In this document: positions 51,601 through 63,600 of the stretch, piece by piece
Layout: each line of letters begins with the position of its first letter
Numbering within the stretch: position 1 is the stretch's first letter
Assembly: GCA_964016885.1 (NCBI GenBank)
Contig: OZ024742.1
Coordinates: 226,486,001-226,550,000, forward strand
Origin: Eledone cirrhosa
Taxonomy: Eukaryota
Direction of reading: 5' to 3'
Length of the DNA stretch: 64,000 bases
Program-made: the position numbers and the translations under genes
The notes under the pieces: generated by a model
What the model saw: only the letters and a program-made list of their open reading frames with translations
Told to the model about the DNA's origin: nothing
The model's database searches: none

Positions 51601-54600
51601 TGGTGGTGTTAGTACTGTTACAGTAGGTGGTGTTACTGCTGTAGTTGGTGGTGGTGTTAGCACTGTTACAGTAGTTGGTGTTACTGCTGTAGTTGGTGGT
51701 GGTGTTACTACTGTTACAGTAGTTGGTGTTACTGCTGTAGTTGGTGGTGGTGTTAGTACTGTTACAGTAGTTGGTGTTACTGCTGTAGTTGGTGGTGGTT
51801 TGCCTACTGTTACAGTAGGTGATGTTACTGCTGTAGTTGGTGGTGGTGTTAGTACTGTTACAGTAGGTGGTGTTACTGCTGTAGTTGCTGGTGGTGTTAG
51901 TACTGATACAGTAGGTGGTGTTACTCCTGGAGTTGGTAGTGGTGTTAATACTGTTACAGTAGGTGGTGTTACTGCTGTAGTTGGTGCTGGTGTTAGTACT
52001 GTGACAGTAGGTGGTGTTACTGCTGTAGTTGGTGGTGGTGTTAGTACTGTTACAGTAGGTGGTGTTACTGCTGGAGTTGGTGGTGGTGTTAGTACTGTTA
52101 CAGTAGTTGGTGTTACTGCTGTAGTTGGTGGTGGTGTTAGTACTATTACAGTAGTTGGTGTTACTGCTGTAGTTGGTGGTGGTGTTAGTACTGTTACAGT
52201 AGGTGGTGTTACTGCTGTAGTTGGTAGTGGTGTTAGTACTGTTACAGTAGTTGGTGTTACTGCTGTAGTTGGTGGAGGTGTTAGTACTGTTACAGTAGGT
52301 GGTGTTACTGCTGTAGTTGGTGGTGGTGTTAGTACTGTTACAGTAGCTGGTGATACTGCTGTAGTTGGTGGAGGTGTTAGTACTGTTACAGTAGGTGGTG
52401 TTACTGCTGTAGTTGGTGGTGGTGTTAGTACTGTTACAGTAGTTGGTGTTACTGCTGTAGTTGGTGGCGGTGTTAGTACTGTTACAGTAGGTGGTGTTAC
52501 TGCTGTAGTTGGTGGTGGTGTTAGTACTGTGACAGCAGGTGGTGTTACTGCTGTAGTTGGTGGTGGTGTTAGTACTGTTACAGTAGGTGGTGTTACTGCT
52601 GGAGTTGGTAGTGGTGTTAGTACTGTTACAGTAGTTGGTGTTACTGCTGTAGTTTGTGGTGGTGTTAGTACTGTTACAGTAGTTGGTGTAACTGCTGTAG
52701 TTGGTGGTGGTGTTAGTGCTGTTACAGTAGGTGGTGTTACTGCTGTAGTTGGTGGTGGTGTTACTGCTGTAGTTGGTGGTGGTGTTAGTACTGTTACAGT
52801 AGTTGGTGTTACTGCTGTAGTTGGTGGTGGTGTTAGTACTGTGACAGTAGGTGGAGTTACTGCTGTAGTTGGTAGTGGTGTTAGTACTGTTACAGTAGGT
52901 GGTGTTACTGCTGTAGTTGGTAGAGGTTTTAGTACTGTTACAGTAGGTGGTGTTACTGCTGTAGTTGGTGGTGGTGTTAATACTGTTACAGTAGTTGGTG
53001 TTACTGCTGTAGTTGGTGGTGGTGTTAGTACTGTTACAGTAGGTGCTGTTATTGCTGTAGTTGGTGGTGGTGTTAGTACTGTTACAGTAGGTAGTGTTAC
53101 TGCTGTAGTTAGTGGTGGTATTAGTACTGTTACAGAAGGTGGTGTTACTGCCCTAGTTGGTAGTGGTGTTAGTACTGTTACAGTAGTTGGTGTTACTGCT
53201 GTAGTTGGTAGTGGTGTTAGTTAGTTACAGTAGGTGGTGTTACTGCTGTAGTTGGTTGTGGTGTTAGTACTGTTACAGAAGGTGGTGTTACTGCTGTAGT
53301 TTGTAGTGGTGTTAGTACTGTTACAGTAGGGGGTGTTACTGCTGTAGTTCGTGGTGGTGTTAGTACTGTTACAGTAGGTGGTGTTACTGCTGTAGTTGGT
53401 GGTGGTGTTAGTACTGTTACTGGAGGTGGTGTTCCTGCTCTAGTTGGTGGGTGTGTTAGTACTGTTACAGTAGTTGGTGTTACTGCTGTAGTTGGTGGTG
53501 GTGTTACTACTGTTACAGTAGGTGGTGTTACTGCTGTAGTTGGTGGTGGTGTTAGTACTGTTACAATAGGTGGTGTTACTGCTGTAGTTGGTGGTGGTGT
53601 TAGTACTGTTACAGTAGGTGGTGTTACTGCTGTAGTTGGTGGTGGTGTTAGTACTGTTACAATAGGTGGTGTTACTGCTGTAGTTGGTGGTGGTGTTAAT
53701 ACTGTTACAGTAGGTGGTGTTACTGCTGTAGTTGGTGGTGGTGTTAGTACTGTTATAGTAGGTGGTGTTACTGCTGTAGTTGGTGGTGGTGTTAGTACTG
53801 TTATAGTAGGTGGTGTTACTGCTGTAGTTGGTGGTGGTGTTAGTACTGTTATAGTAGGTGGTGTTACTGCTGTAGTTGGTGGTGGTGTTAGTACTGTTAC
53901 AGTAGGTGGTGTTACTGCTGTAGTTGGTGGTGGTGTTAGTACTGTTATAGTAGGTGGTGTTACTGCTGTAGTTGGTAGTGGTGTTAGTACTGTTACAGTA
54001 GGTGGTGTTACTGCTGTAGTTGGTGGAGGTCTTAGTACTGTTAGAGTAGGTGGTGTTACTGCTGTAGTTGGTGGTGGTGTTAGTACTGTTACAGTAGGTG
54101 GTGCTACTGCTGTAGTTGGTGGTGGTATTAGTACTGTTACAGTAGGTGGTGTTACTGCTGTAGTTGGTGGTGGTATTAGTACTGTTACAGTAGGTGGTGT
54201 TACTGCTGTAGTTGGTGGAGGTGTTAGTACTGTTACAGTAGGTGGTGTTACTGCTGTAGTTGGTGGTGGTGTTAGTACTGTTACAGTAGGTGGTGTTACT
54301 GCTGTAGTTGGTGGAGGTGTTAATTTGTACTGTTACAGTAGGTGGTGATACTGCTGTAGTTGGTGGTGGTGTTAGTACTGTTACAGTAGGTGGTGTTACT
54401 GCTGTAGTTGTTAGTGGTGTTAGTACTGTTACAGTAGTTGGTGTTACTGCTGTAGTTGGTAGTGGTGTTAGTACTGTTACAGTAGGTGGTGTTACTGCTG
54501 TAGTTGTTAGTGGTGTTAGTACTGTTACAGTAGTTGGTGTTACTGCTGTAGTTGGTGGTGGTGTTAGTACTGTTACAGTAGGTGGTGTTACTTCTGTATT

Positions 54601-57600
54601 TGGTGGTGGTGTTAGTACTGTTACAGTAGGTGGTGTTACTGCTGTAGTTGGTGGTCGTGTTAGTACTGTTACAGTAGGTGGTGTTACTGCTGTATTTGGT
54701 GGTGGTGTTACTACTGTTACAGTAGGTGGTGTTACTGCTGTATTTGGTAGTGGTGTTAGTACTGTTACACTAGGTGGTGTTACTGCTGTAGTTGGTGGTG
54801 TTAGTACTGTTACAGTAGGTGGTGTTACTGCTTTAGTTGGTGGTGGTGTTAGTACTGTTACAGAAGGTGGTGTTACTGCTCTAGTTGGTAGTGGTGTTAG
54901 TACTGTTACAGTAGTTGGTGTTACTGCTGTAGTTGGTAGTGGTGTTAGTTAGTTACAGTAGGTGGTGTTACTGCTGTAGTTGGTTGTGGTGTTAGTACTG
55001 TTACAGTAGGTGGTGTTACTGCTGTAGTTTGTGGTGGTGTTAGTACTGTTACAGTAGGTGGTGTTACTGCTGTAGTTGGTGGTGGTGTTAGTACTGTTAC
55101 AGTAGGTGGTGTTCCTGCTCTAGTTGGTGGGTGTGTTAGTACTGTTACAGTAGGTGGTGTTACTGCTGTAGTTGGTGGTGGTGTTAGTACTGTTACAGTA
55201 GGTGGTGTTACTGCTGTAGTTGGTGGTGGTGTTAGTACTGTTATAGTAGGTGGTGTTACTGCTGTAGTTGGTGGTGGTGTTAGTACTGTTATAGTAGGTG
55301 GTGTTACTGCTGTAGTTGGTGGTGGTGTTAGTACTGTTACAGTAGGTGGTGTTACTGAGGTAGTTGGTGGTGGTGTTAGTACTGTTATAGTAGGTGGTGT
55401 TACTGCTGTAGTTGGTAGTGGTGTTAGTACTGTTACAGTAGGTGGTGTTACTGCTGTAGTTGGTGGTGGTGTTAGTACTGTTACAGTATGGTGGTGTTAC
55501 TGCTGTAGTTGGTGGAGGTGTTAGTACTGTTACAGTAGGTGGTGTTACTGCTGTAGTTGGTGTTGGTGTTAGTACTGTTACAGGAGTTGGTGTTACTGCT
55601 GTAGTTGGTGGTGGTGTTAGTACTGTTATAGTAGGTGGTGTTACTGCTGTAGTTGGTGGTGGTGTTATTACTGTTACAGTAGGTGGTGTTACTGCTGTAG
55701 TTGGTGGTGGTGTTAGTACTGTTATAGTAGGTGGTGTTACTGCTGTAGTTGGTGGTGGTGTTAGTACTGTTATAGTAGGTGGTGTTACTGCTGTAGTTGG
55801 TGGTGGTGTTAGTACTGTTACAGTAGGTGGTGTTACTGCTGTAGTTGGTGGTGGTGTTAGTACTGTTATAGTAGGTGGTGTTACTGCTGTAGTTGGTGGT
55901 GGTGTTAGTACTGTTATAGTAGGTGGTGTTACTGCTGTAGTTGGTGGTGGTGTTAGTACTGTTACAGTAGTTGGTGTTACTGCTGTAGTTGGTGGTGGTT
56001 TGCCTACTGTTACAGTAGGTGATGTTACTGCTGTAGTTGGTGGTGGTGTTAGTACTGTTACAGTAGGTGGTGTTACTGCTGTAGTTGCTGGTGGTGTTAG
56101 TACTGATACAGTAGGTGGTGTTACTCCTGGAGTTGGTAGTGGTGTTAATACTGTTACAGTAGGTGGTGTTACTGCTGTAGTTGGTGCTGGTGTTAGTACT
56201 GTGACAGTAGGTGGTGTTACTGCTGTAGTTGGTGGTGGTGTTAGTACTGTTACAGTAGGTGGTGTTACTGCTGGAGTTGGTGGTGGTGTTAGTACTGTTA
56301 CAGTAGTTGGTGTTACTGCTGTAGTTGGTGGTGGTGTTAGTACTGTTACAGTAGTTGGTGTTACTGCTGTAGTTGGTGGTGGTGTTAGTACTGTTACAGT
56401 AGGTGGTGTTACTGCTGTAGTTGGTAGTGGTGTTAGTACTGTTACAGTAGTTGGTGTTACTGCTGTAGTTGGTGGAGGTGTTAGTACTGTTACAGTAGGT
56501 GGTGTTACTGCTGTAGTTGGTGGTGGTGTTAGTACTGTTACAGTAGCTGGTGATACTGCTGTAGTTGGTGGAGGTGTTAGTACTGTTACAGTAGGTGGTG
56601 TTACTGCTGTAGTTGGTGGTGGTGTTAGTACTGTTACAGTAGTTGGTGTTACTGCTGTAGTTGGTGGCGGTGTTAGTACTGTTACAGTAGGTGGTGTTAC
56701 TGCTGTAGTTGGTGGTGGTGTTAGTACTGTGACAGCAGGTGGTGTTACTGCTGTAGTTGGTGGTGGTGTTAGTACTGTTACAGTAGGTGGTGTTACTGCT
56801 GGAGTTGGTAGTGGTGTTAGTACTGTTACAGTAGTTGGTGTTACTGCTGTAGTTTGTGGTGGTGTTAGTACTGTTACAGTAGTTGGTGTAACTGCTGTAG
56901 TTGGTGGTGGTGTTAGTGCTGTTACAGTAGGTGGTGTTACTGCTGTAGTTGGTGGTGGTGTTACTGCTGTAGTTGGTGGTGGTGTTAGTACTGTTACAGT
57001 AGTTGGTGTTACTGCTGTAGTTGGTGGTGGTGTTAGTACTGTGACAGTAGGTGGAGTTACTGCTGTAGTTGGTAGTGGTGTTAGTACTGTTACAGTAGGT
57101 GGTGTTACTGCTGTAGTTGGTAGAGGTTTTAGTACTGTTACAGTAGGTGGTGTTACTGCTGTAGTTGGTGGTGGTGTTAATACTGTTACAGTAGTTGGTG
57201 TTACTGCTGTAGTTGGTGGTGGTGTTAGTACTGTTACAGTAGGTGCTGTTATTGCTGTAGTTGGTGGTGGTGTTAGTACTGTTACAGTAGGTAGTGTTAC
57301 TGCTGTAGTTAGTGGTGGTATTAGTACTGTTACAGAAGGTGGTGTTACTGCCCTAGTTGGTAGTGGTGTTAGTACTGTTACAGTAGTTGGTGTTACTGCT
57401 GTAGTTGGTAGTGGTGTTAGTTAGTTACAGTAGGTGGTGTTACTGCTGTAGTTGGTTGTGGTGTTAGTACTGTTACAGAAGGTGGTGTTACTGCTGTAGT
57501 TTGTAGTGGTGTTAGTACTGTTACAGTAGGGGGTGTTACTGCTGTAGTTCGTGGTGGTGTTAGTACTGTTACAGTAGGTGGTGTTACTGCTGTAGTTGGT

Positions 57601-60600
57601 GGTGGTGTTAGTACTGTTACTGGAGGTGGTGTTCCTGCTCTAGTTGGTGGGTGTGTTAGTACTGTTACAGTAGTTGGTGTTACTGTTGTAGTTGGTGGTG
57701 GTGTTACTACTGTTACAGTAGGTGGTGTTACTGCTGTAGTTGGTGGTGGTGTTAGTACTGTTACAATAGGTGGTGTTACTGCTGTAGTTGGTGGTGGTGT
57801 TAGTACTGTTACAGTAGGTGGTGTTACTGCTGTAGTTGGTGGAGGTCTTAGTACTGTTAGAGTAGGTGGTGTTACTGCTGTAGTTGGTGGTGGTGTTAGT
57901 ACTGTTACAGTAGGTGGTGCTACTGCTGTAGTTGGTGGTGGTATTAGTACTGTTACAGTAGGTGGTGTTACTGCTGTAGTTGGTGGTGGTATTAGTACTG
58001 TTACAGTAGGTGGTGTTACTGCTGTAGTTGGTGGAGGTGTTAGTACTGTTACAGTAGGTGGTGTTACTGCTGTAGTTGGTGGTGGTGTTAGTACTGTTAC
58101 AGTAGGTGGTGTTACTGCTGTAGTTGGTGGAGGTGTTAATTTGTACTGTTACAGTAGGTGGTGATACTGCTGTAGTTGGTGGTGGTGTTAGTACTGTTAC
58201 AGTAGGTGGTGTTACTGCTGTAGTTGTTAGTGGTGTTAGTACTGTTACAGTAGTTGGTGTTACTGCTGTAGTTGGTAGTGGTGTTAGTACTGTTACAGTA
58301 GGTGGTGTTACTGCTGTAGTTGTTAGTGGTGTTAGTACTGTTACAGTAGTTGGTGTTACTGCTGTAGTTGGTGGTGGTGTTAGTACTGTTACAGTAGGTG
58401 GTGTTACTTCTGTATTTGGTGGTGGTGTTAGTACTGTTACAGTAGGTGGTGTTACTGCTGTAGTTGGTGGTCGTGTTAGTACTGTTACAGTAGGTGGTGT
58501 TACTGCTGTATTTGGTGGTGGTGTTACTACTGTTACAGTAGGTGGTGTTACTGCTGTATTTGGTAGTGGTGTTAGTACTGTTACACTAGGTGGTGTTACT
58601 GCTGTAGTTGGTGGTGTTAGTACTGTTACAGTAGGTGGTGTTACTGCTTTAGTTGGTGGTGGTGTTAGTACTGTTACAGAAGGTGGTGTTACTGCTCTAG
58701 TTGGTAGTGGTGTTAGTACTGTTACAGTAGTTGGTGTTACTGCTGTAGTTGGTAGTGGTGTTAGTTAGTTACAGTAGGTGGTGTTACTGCTGTAGTTGGT
58801 TGTGGTGTTAGTACTGTTACAGAAGGTGGTGTTACTGCTGTAGTTTGTAGTGGTGTTAGTACTGTTACAGTAGGTGGTGTTACTGCTGTAGTTTGTGGTG
58901 GTGTTAGTACTGTTACAGTAGGTGGTGTTACTGCTGTAGTTGGTGGTGGTGTTAGTACTGTTACAGTAGGTGGTGTTCCTGCTCTAGTTGGTGGGTGTGT
59001 TAGTACTGTTACAGTAGGTGGTGTTACTGCTGTAGTTGGTGGTGGTGTTAGTACTGTTATAGTAGGTGGTGTTACTGCTGTAGTTGGTGGTGGTGTTAGT
59101 ACTGTTATAGTAGGTGGTGTTACTGCTGTAGTTGGTGGTGGTGTTAGTACTGTTACAGTAGGTGGTGTTACTGAGGTAGTTGGTGTTGGTGTTAGTACTG
59201 TTATAGTAGGTGGTGTTACTGCTGTAGTTGGTAGTGGTGTTAGTACTGTTACAGTAGGTGGTGTTACTGCTGTAGTTGGTGGTGGTGTTAGTACTGTTAC
59301 AGTATGGTGGTGTTACTGCTGTAGTTGGTGGAGGTGTTAGTACTGTTACAGTAGGTGGTGTTACTGCTGTAGTTGGTGTTGGTGTTAGTACTGTTACAGG
59401 AGTTGGTGTTACTGCTGTAGTTGGTGGTGGTGTTAGTACTGTTATAGTAGGTGGTGTTACTGCTGTAGTTGGTGGTGGTGTTATTACTGTTACAGTAGGT
59501 GGTGTTACTGCTGTAGTTGGTGGTGGTGTTAGTACTGTTATAGTAGGTGGTGTTACTGCTGTAGTTGGTGGTGGTGTTAGTACTGTTATAGTAGGTGGTG
59601 TTACTGCTGTAGTTGGTGGTGGTGTTAGTACTGTTACAGTAGGTGGTGTTACTGCTGTAGTTGGTGGTGGTGTTAGTACTGTTATAGTAGGTGGTGTTAC
59701 TGCTGTAGTTGGTAGTGGTGTTAGTACTGTTACAGTAGGTGGTGTTACTGCTGTAGTTGGTGGTGGTGTTAGTACTGTTACAGTAGGTGGTGTTACTGCT
59801 GTAGTTGGTAGTGGTGTTAGTTAGTTACAGTAGGTGGTGTTACTGCTGTATTTGGTGGAGGTGTTAGTACTGTTACAGTAGTTGGTGTTACTGCTGTAGT
59901 TGGTGGAGGTGTTAGTACTGTTAAAGTAGTTGGTGTTACTGCTGTAGTTGGTGGTGGTGTTAGTACTGTTACAGTAGGTGGTGTTACTTCTGTATTTGGT
60001 GGTGGTGTTAGTACTGTTACAGTAGGTGGTGTTACTGCTGTAGTTGGTGGTCGTGTTAGTACTGTTACAGTAGGTGGTGTTACTGCTGTATTTGGTGGTG
60101 GTGTTACTACTGTTACAGTAGGTGGTGTTACTGCTGTATTTGGTAGTGGTGTTAGTACTGTTACACTAGGTGGTGTTACTGCTGTAGTTGGTGGTGTTAG
60201 TACTGTTACAGTAGGTGGTGTTACTGCTTTAGTTGGTGGTGGTGTTAGTACTGTTACAGAAGGTGGTGTTACTGCTCTAGTTGGTAGTGGTGTTAGTACT
60301 GTTACAGTAGTTGGTGTTACTGCTGTAGTTGGTAGTGGTGTTAGTTAGTTACAGTAGGTGGTGTTACTGCTGTAGTTGGTTGTGGTGTTAGTACTGTTAC
60401 AGAAGGTGGTGTTACTGCTGTAGTTTGTAGTGGTGTTAGTACTGTTACAGTAGGTGGTGTTACTGCTGTAGTTTGTGGTGGTGTTAGTACTGTTACAGTA
60501 GGTGGTGTTACTGCTGTAGTTGGTGGTGGTGTTAGTACTGTTACAGTAGGTGGTGTTCCTGCTCTAGTTGGTGGGTGTGTTAGTACTGTTACAGTAGGTG

Positions 60601-63600
60601 GTGTTACTGCTGTAGTTGGTGGTGGTGTTAGTACTGTTACAGTAGGTGGTGTTACTGCTGTAGTTGGTGGTGGTGTTAGTACTGTTATAGTAGGTGGTGT
60701 TACTGCTGTAGTTGGTGGTGGTGTTAGTACTGTTATAGTAGGTGGTGTTACTGCTGTAGTTGGTGGTGGTGTTAGTACTGTTACAGTAGGTGGTGTTACT
60801 GAGGTAGTTGGTGGTGGTGTTAGTACTGTTATAGTAGGTGGTGTTACTGCTGTAGTTGGTAGTGGTGTTAGTACTGTTACAGTAGGTGGTGTTACTGCTG
60901 TAGTTGGTGGTGGTGTTAGTACTGTTACAGTATGGTGGTGTTACTGCTGTAGTTGGTGGTGGTGTTAGTACTGTTACAGTAGGTGGTGTTACTGCTGTAG
61001 TTGGTGGAGGTGTTAGTACTGTTACAGTAGTTGGTGTTACTGCTGTAGTTGGTGGTGGTGTTAGTACTGTTACAGTAGTTGGTGTTACTGCTGTAGTTGG
61101 TGGTGGTGTTAGTACTGTTACAGTAGTTGGTGTTACTGCTGTAGTTGGTGGTGGTATTAGTACTGTGAATCCAGGTGGTGTTACTGCTGTAGTTGGTGGT
61201 GGTGTTAGTACTGTTACAGTAGGTGGTGTTACTGCTGTAGTTGGTGGTGGTGTTAGTACTGTTACAGTAGTTGGTGTTACTGCTGTAGTTGGTGGTTGTG
61301 TTACTACTGTTACAGTAGGTGGTGTTACTGCTGTAGTTGGTGGTGGTGTTAGTACTGTTACAGTAGTTGGTGTTACTGCTGTAGTTGGTGGTGGTGTTAG
61401 TACTGTTACACTAGGTGGTGTTACTGCTGGAGTTGGTAGTGGTGTTAGTACTGTTATAGTAGGTGGTGTTACTGCTGTAGTTGGTGGTGGTGTTAGTACT
61501 GTTACAGTAGTTGGTATTACTGCTGTAGTTGGTGGTGGTGTTAGTACTGTGACAGCAGGTGGTGTTACTGCTGTAGTTGGTGGTGGTGTTAGTACTGTTA
61601 CAGTAGGTGGTGTTACTGCTGTAGTTGGTGGTGGTGTTAGCACTGTTACAGTAGTTGGTGTTACTGCTGTAGTTGGTGGTGGTGTTACTACTGTTACAGT
61701 AGTTGGTGTTAATGCTGTAGTTGGTGGTGGTGTTAGTACTGTTACAGTAGTTGGTGTTACTGCTGTAGTTGGTGGTGGTTTGCCTACTGTTACAGTAGGT
61801 GATGTTACTGCTGTAGTTGGTGGTGGTGTTAGTACTGTTACAGTAGGTGGTGTTACTGCTGTAGTTGCTGGTGGTGTTAGTACTGATACAGTAGGTGGTG
61901 TTACTCCTGGAGTTGGTAGTGGTGTTAATACTGTTACAGTAGGTGGTGTTACTGCTGTAGTTGGTGCTGGTGTTAGTACTGTGACAGTAGGTGGTGTTAC
62001 TGCTGTAGTTGGTGGTGGTGTTAGTACTGTTACAGTAGGTGGTGTTACTGCTGGAGTTGGTGGTGGTGTTAGTACTGTTACAGTAGTTGGTGTTACTGCT
62101 GTAGTTGGTGGTGGTGTTAGTACTGTTACAGTAGTTGGTGTTACTGCTGTAGTTGGTGGTGGTGTTAGTACTGTTACAGTAGGTGGTGTTACTGCTGTAG
62201 TTGGTAGTGGTGTTAGTACTGTTACAGTAGTTGGTGTTACTGCTGTAGTTGGTGGAGGTGTTAGTACTGTTACAGTAGGTGGTGTTACTGCTGTAGTTGG
62301 TGGTGGTGTTAGTACTGTTACAGTAGCTGGTGATACTGCTGTAGTTGGTGGAGGTGTTAGTACTGTTACAGTAGGTGGTGTTACTGCTGTAGTTGGTGGT
62401 GGTGTTAGTACTGTTACAGTAGTTGGTGTTACTGCTGTAGTTGGTGGCGGTGTTAGTACTGTTACAGTAGGTGGTGTTACTGCTGTAGTTGGTGGTGGTG
62501 TTAGTACTGTGACAGCAGGTGGTGTTACTGCTGTAGTTGGTGGTGGTGTTAGTACTGTTACAGTAGGTGGTGTTACTGCTGGAGTTGGTAGTGGTGTTAG
62601 TACTGTTACAGTAGTTGGTGTTACTGCTGTAGTTTGTGGTGGTGTTAGTACTGTTACAGTAGTTGGTGTAACTGCTGTAGTTGGTGGTGGTGTTAGTGCT
62701 GTTACAGTAGGTGGTGTTACTGCTGTAGTTGGTGGTGGTGTTACTGCTGTAGTTGGTGGTGGTGTTAGTACTGTTACAGTAGTTGGTGTTACTGCTGTAG
62801 TTGGTGGTGGTGTTAGTACTGTGACAGTAGGTGGAGTTACTGCTGTAGTTGGTAGTGGTGTTAGTACTGTTACAGTAGGTGGTGTTACTGCTGTAGTTGG
62901 TAGAGGTTTTAGTACTGTTACAGTAGGTGGTGTTACTGCTGTAGTTGGTGGTGGTGTTAATACTGTTACAGTAGTTGGTGTTACTGCTGTAGTTGGTGGT
63001 GGTGTTAGTACTGTTACAGTAGGTGCTGTTATTGCTGTAGTTGGTGGTGGTGTTAGTACTGTTACAGTAGGTAGTGTTACTGCTGTAGTTAGTGCTGGTA
63101 TTAGTACTGTTACAGAAGGTGGTGTTACTGCCCTAGTTGGTAGTGGTGTTAGTACTGTTACAGTAGTTGGTGTTACTGCTGTAGTTGGTAGTGGTGTTAG
63201 TTAGTTACAGTAGGTGGTGTTACTGCTGTAGTTGGTTGTGGTGTTAGTACTGTTACAGAAGGTGGTGTTACTGCTGTAGTTTGTAGTGGTGTTAGTACTG
63301 TTACAGTAGGGGGTGTTACTGCTGTAGTTCGTGGTGGTGTTAGTACTGTTACAGTAGGTGGTGTTACTGCTGTAGTTGGTGGTGGTGTTAGTACTGTTAC
63401 TGGAGGTGGTGTTCCTGCTCTAGTTGGTGGGTGTGTTAGTACTGTTACAGTAGTTGGTGTTACTGCTGTAGTTGGTGGTGGTGTTACTACTGTTACAGTA
63501 GGTGGTGTTACTGCTGTAGTTGGTGGTGGTGTTAGTACTGTTACAATAGGTGGTGTTACTGCTGTAGTTGGTGGTGGTGTTAGTACTGTTACAGTAGGTG

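Noticed and set aside
18380-61875. Chi sites (GCTGGTGG) at about 18380, 23506, 25203, 32739 and later copies
   Set aside because: They are single substitutions of GGTGGTGG propagated by duplication, which is expected by chance in this repeat.
942-63204. Plus-strand Val/Gly/Thr ORFs of up to 1320 aa as protein-coding genes
   Set aside because: They are pure repeat translation with incidental GTG/TTG starts and indel-defined ends. The frame cannot gain stops by single substitution, and there is no non-repeat domain.
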